This document shows, piece after piece, positions 36,149 through 49,475 of a stretch of DNA of 52,491 bases (within the stretch, counting starts at the first letter, position 1; each line of letters opens with the position of its first letter). The stretch spans positions 1 to 52,491 of the forward strand of contig JYFJ02002698.1 in the NCBI GenBank assembly GCA_000934665.2, given 5' to 3'. The stretch comes from Catajapyx aquilonaris. Taxonomy: Eukaryota. The position numbers were made by a program, and so were the translations under genes. Under the pieces are notes generated by a model. The model was not told the DNA's origin. It searched no databases and saw only the letters and a list, made by a program, of their open reading frames with translations.

Positions 36149-39100
36149 GCCATCTGGGACCACCTGGAACGATCCAACATTTTTATGATGCATTGACAGC
36201 CAAGGTAACTCCGGTGATGATTCCTTAATTTTACCCCCACGCCCGAAAGCATGACCCCGCCCTTGAAGGTGTCCTGCGACATCCTTGGGGGCAGCGACAA
36301 GGCGTGTTTTGAAGTCCCATATGAAGCCCATGAGTGACATCGGGCGTCGTACCAAGGCGACACTCATGTACGTACGCCTACTGAGGAATCTTCAATTAAA
36401 GTGACGAAAATTTTTGAGTTGGACTGTCCCACCCACACTAAGTGACCCATGGAAGAATGAACTCTCACAAAAGACATTCCTACCAGAGGTCATGGGTCGC
36501 ACCAACAAATGGAAAAGTCGCTCAGCCTTGTTTCAATAAGGTACTCAATCTTATGACGACCACTTGGTAAGCAAGGACATCACACCTGCCAACAGGTAAT
36601 TCATCGTGGGTTATGATTCACCTCAACAATGTCGGGGAAGACAAACAGACTTTTACTGCGTGAAAGTGAGGGCGATAGAGGTCATTGTGGAGATGACGTC
36701 ACAAAAAGTGTCATCATTAGCAGGACCAACTGATAATGCGGGTTACCAGACGAGTTTCCTGGAAGACGTTATCGACTCGAGTTTGACAGCAAAGAGAGAG
36801 AGGTCACAGGGACAATTGGGGATTTGTCGAAGCATCGACCCCTGCTCGATAGTCTGAAGGTGACTTTGTCTATAGACGGAATTCATCAAACTAAATTCCA
36901 AGGATTTGTTGAAAGGTTACTCGGCCAACTTGTACCGTGAGTTATTAAGATCCTAACTACCCGTGGTATAATTATGCATGAGATTAATTTGACCTCGCTA
37001 AAATAGGTAACCTGCTTTCAGAAATGAGGAAGAAGCGGGTATGAACTAGAAGTAGGTGACATCTCCCAGAAAGTGTCAATGGCTTCGATCCAGCACACTT
37101 TGATGTGTCTTTTGATAACACCTGAGGTTAACCGCCTTACTGATAAATTACCAATTACTGGTTTCAAATATATATTTTTTGTGTGTGTCGATATCTATTG
37201 GAGGACGGTGCCATTTCCGTGCGGGGTACAGGGTGAGAAACAAGGAAATCTCATTAGCTTCAGAGGCATGTTCTTGGTATAGTCAGGGACAGGGAAGCGC
37301 AACAAAAAGGGGAGCGTTTCCTATACCATCATTGTACCTCCATGTACCAGCATCGTGTGCTATCAGAACCTTTCCCATCACTCTTGTTATGACCTAGCTG
37401 CGATCTCTTTCTTCTTCCGACAACTCTAACCACTCCCACTCTCAACTCCCACACTCTTGATGGTGACAAATGATGATCGGAACCTAATTAACCTTGATGG
37501 ACTACTCCAAAAAAAAAGTGACAAGTGTGTCCTTAGGGTCATGGCTGGAGGTTGGCTTACAAAACGATGAGGACTAATTGAACACAGGGTAGTTCCTGAT
37601 TTTAGCCAAAATGAGAGGTGTACATTTTTATTACAAGCAAAAAAAGTGTGTTGTAAAGCAATCGGATCAATGCCAGAAGGGATTATCCAAATTGCGCTGT
37701 TTAGAACAGGTTATACTGCCCACAGAAGAATCGGAGGTATAAGCCCACAGATAATGAAGAACACCCTCTTGATTTAAACGCCTTAAAAAGGACAATTCAT
37801 TTGATTTTCATGGGCCATCAAAAGGATTGAACCCTGGTCACCATGCACTAAATCAGTCCAAGGTCTGATCGAAAAACTGGTGTCAACTTTAGAAGGTTGT
37901 CCAAAGTGTGTTCATCCAATATGTTTTACCTAAGTTTGAAGGCGAATGATAACTGATTCCTTTTGTTTATTTTTTTTTCTGTTACTCCCACCTTGAAAGA
38001 AACAGAAGGGCAGGAGGAACGCCAGAAAGGAAGTGTCGCCATGTCTTATCCGTTGGCCTTTGGGAAGTATTGGGCTGATTTGCATATATAGACTGGGACT
38101 TTTTTTATCTCCATCGCAGATAAACCGGATTGGTTGCCGGCTATGTTCTGACGAGCAATCTGGGTGGGTTGACCTATCAGCGAATTGACAGCAGGGGTCT
38201 AGGTCAAATTTTGCTATTAGATATTATTTATGTGGCAGATTGAGCAGGTGATGATGGCCATGCTGATGGCCATGTACAATTACTCATTTAGGCTCATGTA
38301 AAGAACTTGTTCTGAGCTAATCGCACCTTGATACTGCGTGTGTCTCTAATTTTAGGATTGACCTCAGCTAAGAGGCGGATAGCAAAATGATATTTTTCAT
38401 GTCCTCCCTAGCTCCTCCTACATGTGGGAAGTACCCTTCAATTACCTACAAACAGATCACCTCTTAATTAGGCAACCCACACTACACAGAGGGAGACAGT
38501 ATGTAAACCTAAGTGTCACTCATGCCCATGTCAAACTCCGTAATTAACACATCCTTGACCTAAAAACATGTCCCCATTTTAATCCACAAGGATACTCAGG
38601 CGGAAGTACCGCCATATTGGAATCAATAGATATCTCCGGAAATGTCCGTTAATCCAGCCTATTTAGACAACACCCTTCATTGTGCATATCTCTAGATACA
38701 GTTCTAATCTTAAAGGTACAGGTAGGAGGCACACCTGTTGGGTGTTAGCAACCCACGCTCACAATGGGAATCCTCCACAGGGTCCCCCCACACCCATAAT
38801 AACATCGAAATCACCAAGTCATCGTATGAACCAGGTCCTTTTCATGTGTGTGGGAATTGGGTGCTGATGGAATAAGTGTGTTCGTAAATCATTATGGAGC
38901 AGTCCAATTTCGGGAATGAAGGGCAACTGCTGGTGACCTTCATATCCAAGGAGCAGGGCAAAAGTCATATTTGTCCAGTCGAGGAGAAAATAATTGTAAT
39001 GAATTTTATTAGATATGCATCGGCTGTCTGGACCTAGCCTAGACGGCTAAATCTAGTGTTGTGCAATTGCGGTGTCTTTGAGGAAGAAAATACATATATT

Positions 39101-41488
39101 ATTTTTGTTTTTCCGAGAAGCAAGGATATCCGTCCCTTTAGGAGGATGCTGAGCAAAGAGAGGTCGTTATCCTCCTATATTTTAATTGCTAAATGATGTA
39201 TAATATGGTTTGGGCTTAGTGCGACGCTGAGGTTCGTCGATGTCGAAATTCTCAGATGGAAATGGCGAGATTGAAATCTAGGTCTGCATGAAATTCAAAA
39301 CAGTGTCTCAGGCCGGACCCTTTGTCTTTACTTCTACTTGTCATTCAGGTATACAAGGGGGATGTTTGTCCTATAACCTAGACTATAGGTCGGTTCTATT
39401 CTGGAAACTGCTGTAGCCCTATCAAGGGGGCAATAGTCTCAAAAAAGCGCTCGTTGTGTTAAATATGGACTGACCTTGAACGTGACATAAATACTCGTAC
39501 TTCAAACTGTACTACACATTTAATACATTTACGCCATACACGCGTAAGAGAGAAAACTATTTAATTTTATATTCAAAATGTTGGTAAAACCCGCTTCAGA
39601 ATAGGCAATTATTCATTATCGGCTTAGAAAACGTAATAGTATAAGCGACGCATCAAATATTTATAGGCATCAGAGCAAGAGACTTGAACAACCGCATAAA
39701 GAAGTAAGTTCATAGCTGAAAATAATCGCGAACAGCAGCTCTCATGCCAATAATGGAATGTTTATGACTTGTTCGTAAAAAATGGAGTCTGATTGCGCCG
39801 TCATTAGATATGAATAATTGTGACGGTTTATTGAGTCAGTGATGTGATAATATGGACCAGTTTCTTTTCTGTCTTTAAAATATTACTACCCATTATAACT
39901 CCACAATAATACCAGATGGTAAGCTACCCAAATCCTTAGTTCAAAATGGTATTTACTGATTGTTTACCCAAGCCACAAGTTTTAGAGACACTTTCACTTG
40001 GGCACAATCCATAACTTCTTCACTTACCCCCTGTGGAACTTGGAACTTGAACAATGCACCACCCTGTGTAATAACCATTTTATATGCTCAAGGGAACACA
40101 TTACTTCAAAAATGAATAAGGAGTACCTACTCTAAACTTTAATTTACATACGCAGAATTGCCGTCAAATCAGGTTTTAGCCAGTTGGTACATCACGTTAC
40201 ACTACAATAATTATGTCGTGACTTTGATATCAAATTAATATCTCTTAGCACTATTGTCCCGGATATTTTGGCAACACCAATAGTCAAACGAAAGCATACA
40301 CCCATAACATGGAAATAACTTTCCCTCTCGTAGTGACCCATTTAAAAGGATGCAAATGGCCAGGTCGTAAAGCTCCCAAATGCGATCGAAAAACCCCACA
40401 CAGTACCGGCCTCGCCAGAAAGACCAGAAATTAATGTACCAACGTGGGTATACCCACTACCTTCGAGGTCGCAACCCAAAACATCAAAAGCCGCGCTTGG
40501 TGAGCAGTAAGTAAGTCAAGGAGTGTATGAAGTGACAGGCTCTATAATATCCAGGACAGGCAACAATGAGTGGAGGAAACCTACCGTGTTGTTGTGTCCA
40601 GCGAGATCCTCAGGCCCCAGCAGCACCAGAAGGGCGTTGGAGATGACGGGTTGGTCCCCCTCCAACTTCGCCCACCAAAGTGCAATGCACTACACCCCAA
40701 CAACAATGTCCTGCCGGAGGCTCAGGAGGAGTCTGCAAAAGAAGAGGAAGCAGTGGTATGCCCTCGACCACTCGGCAACCTTTTCTGAGCCGCCGGGGAC
40801 TACGGCTTCCAGTTTTCTTCCGACCTCCAGGGTTGCCAAATGTGCTCTTACACTGCATGAACACCTGATAGGTGATTGTGTATAAATTTTTTTTTGTTCT
40901 TGCGTGCGTACAAGGTGTTGTGGCAACAGTGGAGGACATAACCCACGCACTGTGCTTTTTTGTTGGGGTGTCCACAATGATCCGAAGACTGTCAAGTACT
41001 GCGAATGTGGAGCCATATTTGGAATGAATGGGTTATGGAAGGATATAACTTTCTAGTATGAGCTTATGGATTATATATCGAAAAGGGCTGAAACATAAAA
41101 GAGTCGTGACGTTTGAATAAAAGCAATGTCAGAAGAAGCTGGTCAATGGACAGCGACATTTACAGTAAGAAGTATCTAATCTTTCGAGTTGCTCTCTAAA
41201 GTAATCTCCAAAGATCTGCAGTTCTCACGCCTTGAGTTATGTTACTTGGAGAAAACAATGGAGGAGAGAAATCATATATGACAGCCAATCCGCTTTCGAT
41301 TACCAAAAATCGAAATCAATTTTTTTTGATCACTTTCAGTTTCCCACTGGACTCACAAGTGTGGCTGATTTTGGCTTCTTTCTTTGCTTATATTAACTAA
41401 AAAAAAGACTACATATTATACATATATGTACATAAGTCAAAGACCGATTAGCGTCTATAATCGAATCACATTCGTGTGTCGAAGGGCC

Positions 41489-41502
41489 GCGTGACGTCAC
41501 GC
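41489..41502. promoter_or_regulatory. Extended CRE palindrome in a CpG-rich promoter-like patch
   Basis: GCGTGACGTCACGC is a 14-bp perfect palindrome; there is an E-box CACGTG near 41807. Confidence 0.35.
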
Positions 41503-44218
41503 CACTGTCGACACGATTTTGAGCGCTGGGGTCAACGTATATCCTAAAAGTTAGGCTAACCTCCGTACAAAGCTGTCATAAGGGTGTCTCTAAATTGTTA
41601 GGATAAAACGGTTCAAATTCGATGCTATATAGTCCTGTATTTGCATAACAGTCGAGATGACCAGAGGTTATAACATGATTTCAACCTGACCTGCAGGGTA
41701 CAACCAGTGCTGAGAATATTTCGTGGAAAATCCGGCCGCTTGTGAAGCACACCCTCCGTAAAACCCTGCAATGTAGCGGAGCACACAAGATTACACATCT
41801 GGTAAACACGTGGGGTTTTCCGCCTCCGTCACGTTTCCGTCACATTACCCGCCCACTGAAGGAAACAGGCTTGCTCTATAATATGCTGCAACTATTTTGT
41901 TAAAAATCCCATAATATTTATCAAAATTACGCTTGATTAATATCTAGGAAGTCGCTTCATGTCAAAACCAACTGTTGAAAGTGACTTCCCTGCTGCAGTC
42001 CCCATGTCTGACCTAGCTATCGATGGTGTGATACCAGCGTGTGACGCATGCAAATGTGAGTTTCACACTGCATTTCCTGGGTTTTCAGTGACAAGCTTAT
42101 TGGGGGAAGCCTGTGTTTGCGTAGATGGGGGTGGAAATATGATAATCAATCAAGTTTGTAAAAATATACGTCGGAGTGGTAATACCTGCACGAGCACCAT
42201 GCTGTCTCCTTATGCGGGATGCGTGACCGTCGTGGCTTACCTTGAAGATTAGCTGAAAGGCAATCCTGCAAACCAGTCTCGGATCTGCCAGACTTTACGG
42301 CGCCTTCTTCGGAGGGAGCTTAGTCTATTGTTTAAAGCCATGCTGTATTAGGTGTCACATCTTTTGATTTTATGACCAGTTTTTTCATATATCAAAAATT
42401 CTGGTGGTAAATATGTCAGCGTCTTGTACATGTAGGTCGCATGATGGGAATGCGAATAATGATAGTGATCGTGGCTGTATTTCTGTGATTAGCGATTCGA
42501 ACTGGTTCGATGACTCACTGGGTACAGGTTTGGTACACTACAATCAAAACTAGGTGCGTATTTTGTGCACTAAGAAATGCATTTTATTACACACCAGTCT
42601 GTAATAAAGTGCGCAGTGTGATCAAAAACAACATGTTGTGTATAATATACATATGGCGCATTTGGTGTGGTAAGCGTGGCTAATGAGAAGTTGGAAGAAT
42701 CAGTCAAGGATGTGCGACTTGTTTGCGACACTTACGTGACAACAGGTGATCAGTCAGAGAAAAATCGAGGAGACAATGTAAGATGGCTCATTGGTCACTC
42801 TTCATGACGATTAGTTGACTCGGCGTATGTTGTTGCCTACAACTGGTTATGTCAACATCCCTGGACAAATGGTGACATCCGACCATTTCTCAGGCGAGAG
42901 GTCCCGTCCGACTGCTTTTACCTTCGCCACTGCAGAACAATCAGTGTCAGAGTGCGTACGAATGAAAATGTCAGGCAACTTATACACTCTTTTGAGATGG
43001 CCGACCAGCTTATAATTACAGTTTTGAAGCATATTTTGATGCTGACGTCAGCCTGAAAATGATTAGCTGCGAGGTCAAAATTCTGGGTAAAAAGGATGGC
43101 TTGATGACAGACAAGCCTACCTGGAAAGAGCCAGTTCGGGTGGGAAACCACTTCTTTTGCGGTACCTGCAGGTGTGGTACTCAGAAGCGATAAAAGATGC
43201 GTGGAAGTAATTGGTTACGCAATTGTTTTCCGACCATATCCGGACCATCCATCTTGTACACCCAGGCAGAACCATCTTCAGTTAATATATTGCAGCTCCC
43301 TATCCAAAGAGACCAGAGGTCTTTTGGCTATTAATTTACGGCGTTATTTGCACAGCCAGTTCGATTTGCATAATTGTCTCCTTGAAGAGAAAAGTGCTTG
43401 AGCGTGGGCTGCTGAGGACAACTAAGGGGCTTATTCACCAAGATTGAAAAGTCAAGGTGTTAAAAAACGACCGGCTTTTTTTAAGATGCCCAAAATCGAT
43501 TCGGGAGAGTGTCCAGTGACTGTTGATTAACAACATTCTTCATCTTCCAAGCAGGGGTACCCTCAGGCTTGCAATGTTTAATAACCAACACCCATTTTTG
43601 GAGCTGGCAATGCCAGGGTGGTCTCACTTGGCTTGTTAATGCCTCGCCTTTAGTGAAGGAAAAAAACAAAGGTTGTCTATTCCAATGCAAACAGAATTAC
43701 TGACAGGTTTTGTCTAGTTTGAATTATGCTGGATCTTGGGTCCAAAAAGGACACTTGTTTTGTTGTTGTGCCATGAACGTTTCTTTCAAAATGGCAGAGC
43801 CACCATATCTGACCCAGCGCTTTTTGCAGAAAATGTGTGTGAAGACTCTGGAGACTTCTCTTGTAGTTAAAAGTGTGCAGGGCCGTGACAGGAATAATGT
43901 GCAATTAAAGGATTCCAGAACAAGTTATGCAATATATTTATTGCATATAAATTGTAGACATAATTGTCATCTCACTACTGTAATACTGCTGGTCATGGAT
44001 ATCACTCCAGTTTAAAGCTAATGGCTACATCATGATTAACATGTTGTAAAAGCACCTATTCTGGTAGTAATACTGCTTCACAAATACTGCGTAATACATT
44101 CTGTAGGACGTGCAGGAAATCTCCAATACTCTTTGCCCCAATAATGATTATACCCTGAGTATGATTGAGACCACAGATTATAAATTGTAGTTCCTGATGA
44201 CTTTGAATACAGTTTTCA

Positions 44219-47200
44219 TCATCTTCGTTGGTGCAAAAAAATGCATGCAAAGAAGAGAATCCCACCTGCCAAAAAAATATATCATGTTAATAAAGGACAG
44301 AGAGTTAAAGCAAAGTCACACATACTTAAAAAGTAGAGTCCAGGATAGTAAAAATAGAGAGCTTCTCGGTACCCAATGGCTTTGGACAATGGATCCACCA
44401 GCACTGGGAAGTTGCCACCAATGTTATTCATCACAAACAGGAATATTCCCACTGTTGTAGAGCGAATGTTGACTGGTACGAGCTCAACCAGTATGGCAAA
44501 CAGGACACCAAACCACATTTCCGCTGCATGAAAATAATGTTATTTTACAGGCCCTATCATCACAAAGGGCTCAATTATGGTTATTTGTGGATCTGCTAAT
44601 GTTTGTGTTTGTGTACTGGTCTTCAATAAGCTCTGGGGACGAAAATGGGAGTTTTTACTATAGCTGTGGGGACATTTTCGGTCCCCACGGGTCAAACGCC
44701 TGATTTTCTACTGCTTTAGTGGGGACATGTCCCCACAATTTCGTTTCTTTAAAATCCATTTATCTCAGCCTAGGTTGTTATGGTAGGGTAGGTTAGGTAG
44801 GATAGGATACGTTATGTTAGGGTAGGTTAGGTTAGGTTAGCATAATTTATGTTAGGATACACTAGGTTTCAAAAGTTGTGGCCCACTGCTTATTGAGGAC
44901 AAGTCTGGGTGGGTGCATGTGTGTGATTATTGTGTTGATTATTTGAGTGTTTTGTGTATTTTATACTCTATGACGAATTGCGGAATTTGTGTATCCTGCT
45001 TTGTCACATAGTACTTGACAAGAAAATGTCATGATGATGAAAGAACCACAAAAAATTCCATACAAGCATGAACAAAACACTGAAACTTCATCCACATATG
45101 AAAATTCACCATTGCCGCGATCACACTTGAATACTAACAGGTGGAAAGTCACCCACTTTGAAGACAAAATGTGAAGATGGAGAATATGTCAGATACATTT
45201 CTGCATTTTCTGCTATCACAATTCTGTCATAAGCATGCCTCAAGCAACTAGGAATTGTCACTACAGTCTAACCTCATGCAAAATGTATTCAACTGGGTTA
45301 TTGCTGGCTGAATGCCATTTTGCATCAGCCTGAATCATCCTGACTATACTTTTACTTTTCTTGTATACTCACCAAATAGATAAGCCCCGATAAGTGACAC
45401 GAACGCATATGGCGGTGGAAAATACAAGGTGCCTGCTGCAAAGGGCACAGCTGCAACCTGACTGGCGGCCAAGACAGCTACCCTGGCTCGTATTCCCACT
45501 CGTTTGGCGACTCCATCAGCCACCACCCCACCTAGGACCACTCCAAAGGTGCCGCTCCCAATGCTAACCCCAGTCAACCACCAACCCAGGTCAAAGGTTG
45601 GGTAGTAGGTCTGGAAGTACAGCTGGGTGTTGTAGGACCAGCAGAAACCAGCAGTATGCCTGACACATGCAGCCAGACATAGGAGCAGGACTTTAGGAGA
45701 AAAGAATACTCTCCAAGCTGACAATTTGGGTAAATTTTCTTGCGCTTTGGTTTCTGCCAAGTCTAGGTTCTCTGGTCTCTGCAATTTGCTGACATTGTGT
45801 CGAAATGGGTCAGATGCAGTAAGAAGCATTAATGCAGCTATCAGCAAGGCAGGTGCACCACTGATGTAGTAGGAGAAGCGCCAGCCTTCATCAAATAAGT
45901 TCAGAGAAGTAACGTAATTCCCAATGGCATAAGACAGTCCATATCCAAGGTATATGCCCCAGGTGAAGATGCCCATAGCCATCCCACGGTTGCCCTGTAA
46001 TAATATTTAAAAATAAAATGGTTCTACATTAATTCCGATTCTTTCACCCAGTAAAGAAACAAACAAAAATTATGCACAACTGGACAATTATTTTGCATTG
46101 TGGAAGGTACAGCAGTTAGATGCTGGTGATTAGTGGTATACTGGGAAATTATCAGAAATGCAGTTAAGTCAAGATTTCCACATGGCATAGAGGAGGGAAG
46201 AGCAGCAAAGGTGCAATTTAGTGAAGCCATTCCTTCAGTGCCTCGCCATCAGGGGCTATGATTTGAGCAAGCTAATGGTCAAGCAAGGGATACGTCGCAG
46301 CACTTGTGCTGCAGTAGACCAAATAGGCTAAAATGCACACTCCTCAATTCCTGTCCCCCATAAGAAATAATATCTCTACAAATTCCTTATGGAGGTATTC
46401 ATAAGATTTGTTAGCAATTTGCTAGAACAATCATATAGTTAATTCAAATTCACCTACCCAGGAAATTATTTAATAACTTTTTTAAATGGCATGTTTTGGT
46501 GGTGACAGTGTGTCAAATGTTTCAAATATTTTTTCTACAAAACCTTTTACACCCAAAATTATGCTCCAATCTTGTCTAAGCAGATCACCTATGATTCAGA
46601 GCATCCACATAATTTGCTAGCTAGCTAGCACATTCAGCCTGCAATAAGCCCATTCAATATTGTGTCTGCTTTCCTTATAATATGTATGCCACTATCAATG
46701 TTCAGGGCAGAGCAGCATCACTGAGATATTCCACATCAAATATGTTCTAGTGTTCCTGGGATGAACAGCTGCATGACAACATGCAACCTACAGATTTCCC
46801 TGCTTTTCAAAGCTACACAGTCACCATCATTACGTAGAGCTATAATCACATATCTTAATCCCATTAACAAAGCTTCAAAATTCACGACACAATCAGCACC
46901 ATCAAGCTTTCCTTATTCTCAATGCTCAAGGGGGACTTTCAGGGCAGGGTTCGTTGTGCCAAGAAGTAATTCAGGTACCACAAATGCATTTCAGCCTCCA
47001 TTGAAAACAGCAACGCAAAGAAATTCTGCCTTAGGGATTTGCCCATCTCATGTGAAATACCTACATAATAATATAAATACACCTCAATCGTCATGTACAG
47101 AAATGTGAACAGGTTATAAGTAATAAAAGCTACCTGCCTGACATAACCTTTGAATCGGAGTTTGTGCAAACCATTTGTGACGTCTCACCAATGAAACTCG

Positions 47201-49475
47201 TACATTTGGGAGAGGTTCACCAGTGCGTTTGAAAGAAGTGCTGTATCCACCTTTGGCACACTTACACTGATTGTGACTGATCAAACTCAATCTCCATCAA
47301 TCTTACTTCCTACCTGTGATTTTTGCACAGCATACACAGTATCTTTTACTTTGCGCAGGACTGGTGCCTACATTTCTCACCTATACTGTAGTAGCTTTGT
47401 ATGAGACTTTCTTAGCACAACACACCTGAGGGAACAGATCTGATATCAGTCCTGTTGAAAGTGGGCTGCAACCAGCTTCACTGCAACAAAAATTCTCTGG
47501 TACAGAAAATAACTTGGAAATGAATCCAAATATAGTTGGTTAATTACCCAGCAGCAAGAGTCATGCGCAGGAGTGCAAGTTGCCAGTAGTACTGTGCAAA
47601 TCCCAGCAAGAAGACAGAACATCCAAACGCCGCTGTGCATGCAGCGAGAAGAACAATACGATTGGTCCTGTCTGCCATCACCCCAATAACCACGCAGCTG
47701 ATTGTAAATACTCCAATAAAGCTGGGGCCTGCCAGTATTTGATACTCCATTCCTAGGCCATTATAATTCCATTCACATACAGAGGATCCATTCCATGAGA
47801 GTAAACTGCAACTAATGAAACATGTTATTAACATAGTGTCTCAGTACCAACTCCTCATAATTCCCGTCACAATGATGCCACTTTGGTCACATGATTCACA
47901 TCACAGAAAGTAACCATTTCAATGTCAACAGTTGGAATGAGGAAGGATAGGTCCAAAAATAAAATAAGAAAATCTTTGCATCAGCATATGTGTGACTAGT
48001 TCTCATGCAAAATTCTTCTCATATGACCATTGCAAACTTGGAGCAAAATGCATATAAAAATCTACCAGGCTCCTCTGCCTCAAATGTTTACTGCATCTTG
48101 AATGGTACCATCAAGACAGGCAGCAGGATAAAATTCAGGAATTGCTAGATACACGGCTGTGACAGAGCAATGACTGCATTGCTGCTATGCCCTTATATTA
48201 CTTTTGAGAGCTAGTTCTTCCCCTAATGATCGATAATTGACAGAGGACTAGAGAGTAGCATCAATTTATTACTGGGAACTATAATACACCAATGCTACAG
48301 GGTGTTTGTTACTAGTCCAGCCAACGGCCGTCAGCGTATTCCTTGAGCGAAAATATTACCCGGTATAGAACACATGAATTATGAAATGGCGTCGACCAGG
48401 GGGCTGGTATGCAGGTGAAAAATATAATAGATTCTGTAGGATTGTGCCTCATGGGAATTTGAACAGCCAGGAGCCAATCACTGCCAGGTTCTTATGAGTG
48501 TGAGCACTCCTATCATTGCATTGATTGATTGAATTACACAAATAGGTCAATAAAAATGTGTTTTTTTACACGAATATATTTGCGTATCATATCAATTTTG
48601 AATTTACAACTTAATACTTTCAAGAAGTAATTATGAGAAAAATTCCCAAAATTATCTCTTGATGTGCCAATGTTGAGGCAGCCCATTCCAATTGAAGCCA
48701 TCTCATTTCAGGAGTACATGTTGTTTCCTGCACCAAACAAGGTAAAAATAAATTATATCATTCCCTTAGAAGTATCCCAAAAAAATCTGCAAAAGTGACT
48801 TTGCTACAGCAGCAAAATTGGTTCCAGCTGAGATTGCAATAAACACCTTCCCAAAAGATTTTTTTACATACCATTCCCACTAAGAAGCGTGATTCCTGTA
48901 AGCTTATCACCCTTATTGTCATTTGCTTCAAGGCCATTTGTCAGCATTTTCCTTGCCACACACAACTCTTGCAAACAATACCCTATGCCACATCAGAGTG
49001 TAAGTCAGGTCTATTCCTTCATGGCCCAGTTTAGCACTGCATTTGTTTAGGCCTGTGCACAAATGGTAGGGGAGGTGTAGCTACACTGAATTTGTTTATC
49101 CGGGTCCGGGTGTAAGCTCTTATTCCATGCAAGACTGATGTGAGAGGTGTAAGGCGTCATTACACCACACTGACCAATAAACATATAGACCCCTTCTTTA
49201 CTGTGTTCTGCACAGCCATACTTCTCTGCTTCAGTGATCCCCTCGCAGTCAGCATGCACGTCCTCCTCCTTCCGAAGGCAGCTCTTATCTCCGAACCCAA
49301 TGTCCTGCGCCATGGGTCGACTGGTGGTCCCAATGAGGAAGTGTCCCAGCTCCCCAAACACATATGAAGCAGTGAACAGGAACAGCCCGTAGTACTTGTT
49401 CATGACTGATCCCGACCCTTGACTGCCCAGCAATGATCCCCCCAGCAGCCCCACCTCCCCCCTGTCAGCATCCAT
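44219..49475 (-). CDS. Major facilitator superfamily transporter, spinster-like, about 479 aa
   Basis: Exons 49475-49222, 47811-47548, 47480-47426, 45994-45373, 44523-44326, 44265-44219 (1440 nt, in frame). MFS motif A GVMADRTNR and GGVVADGVAKR; LLRMTLAAGEAG; ISDLFPQGNRGMAMGIF; GWRFSYYISGAP; ELVPVNIRSTTVG. A possible in-frame upstream mini-exon 49555-49536 encodes MIESGRG. Confidence 0.92.
44615..44904. mobile_element. Non-autonomous TIR element carrying TTAGG telomere-like repeats, in an MFS intron
   Basis: TIR actggtcttcaataagc / gcttattgaggacaagt; internal gtggggac..gtccccac hairpins; ggttaggttaggttag tract at about 44780-44860; TG-rich flanks. Confidence 0.75.

Noticed and set aside
42485..42520. 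tRNA/SINE B-box-like gttcga motifs
   Set aside because: No A box or cloverleaf structure is present.
48297..48850. Possible degenerate Tc1/mariner element (TA-CAGGGTGTTT start)
   Set aside because: The putative right end is only a weak match and lacks a TA flank.
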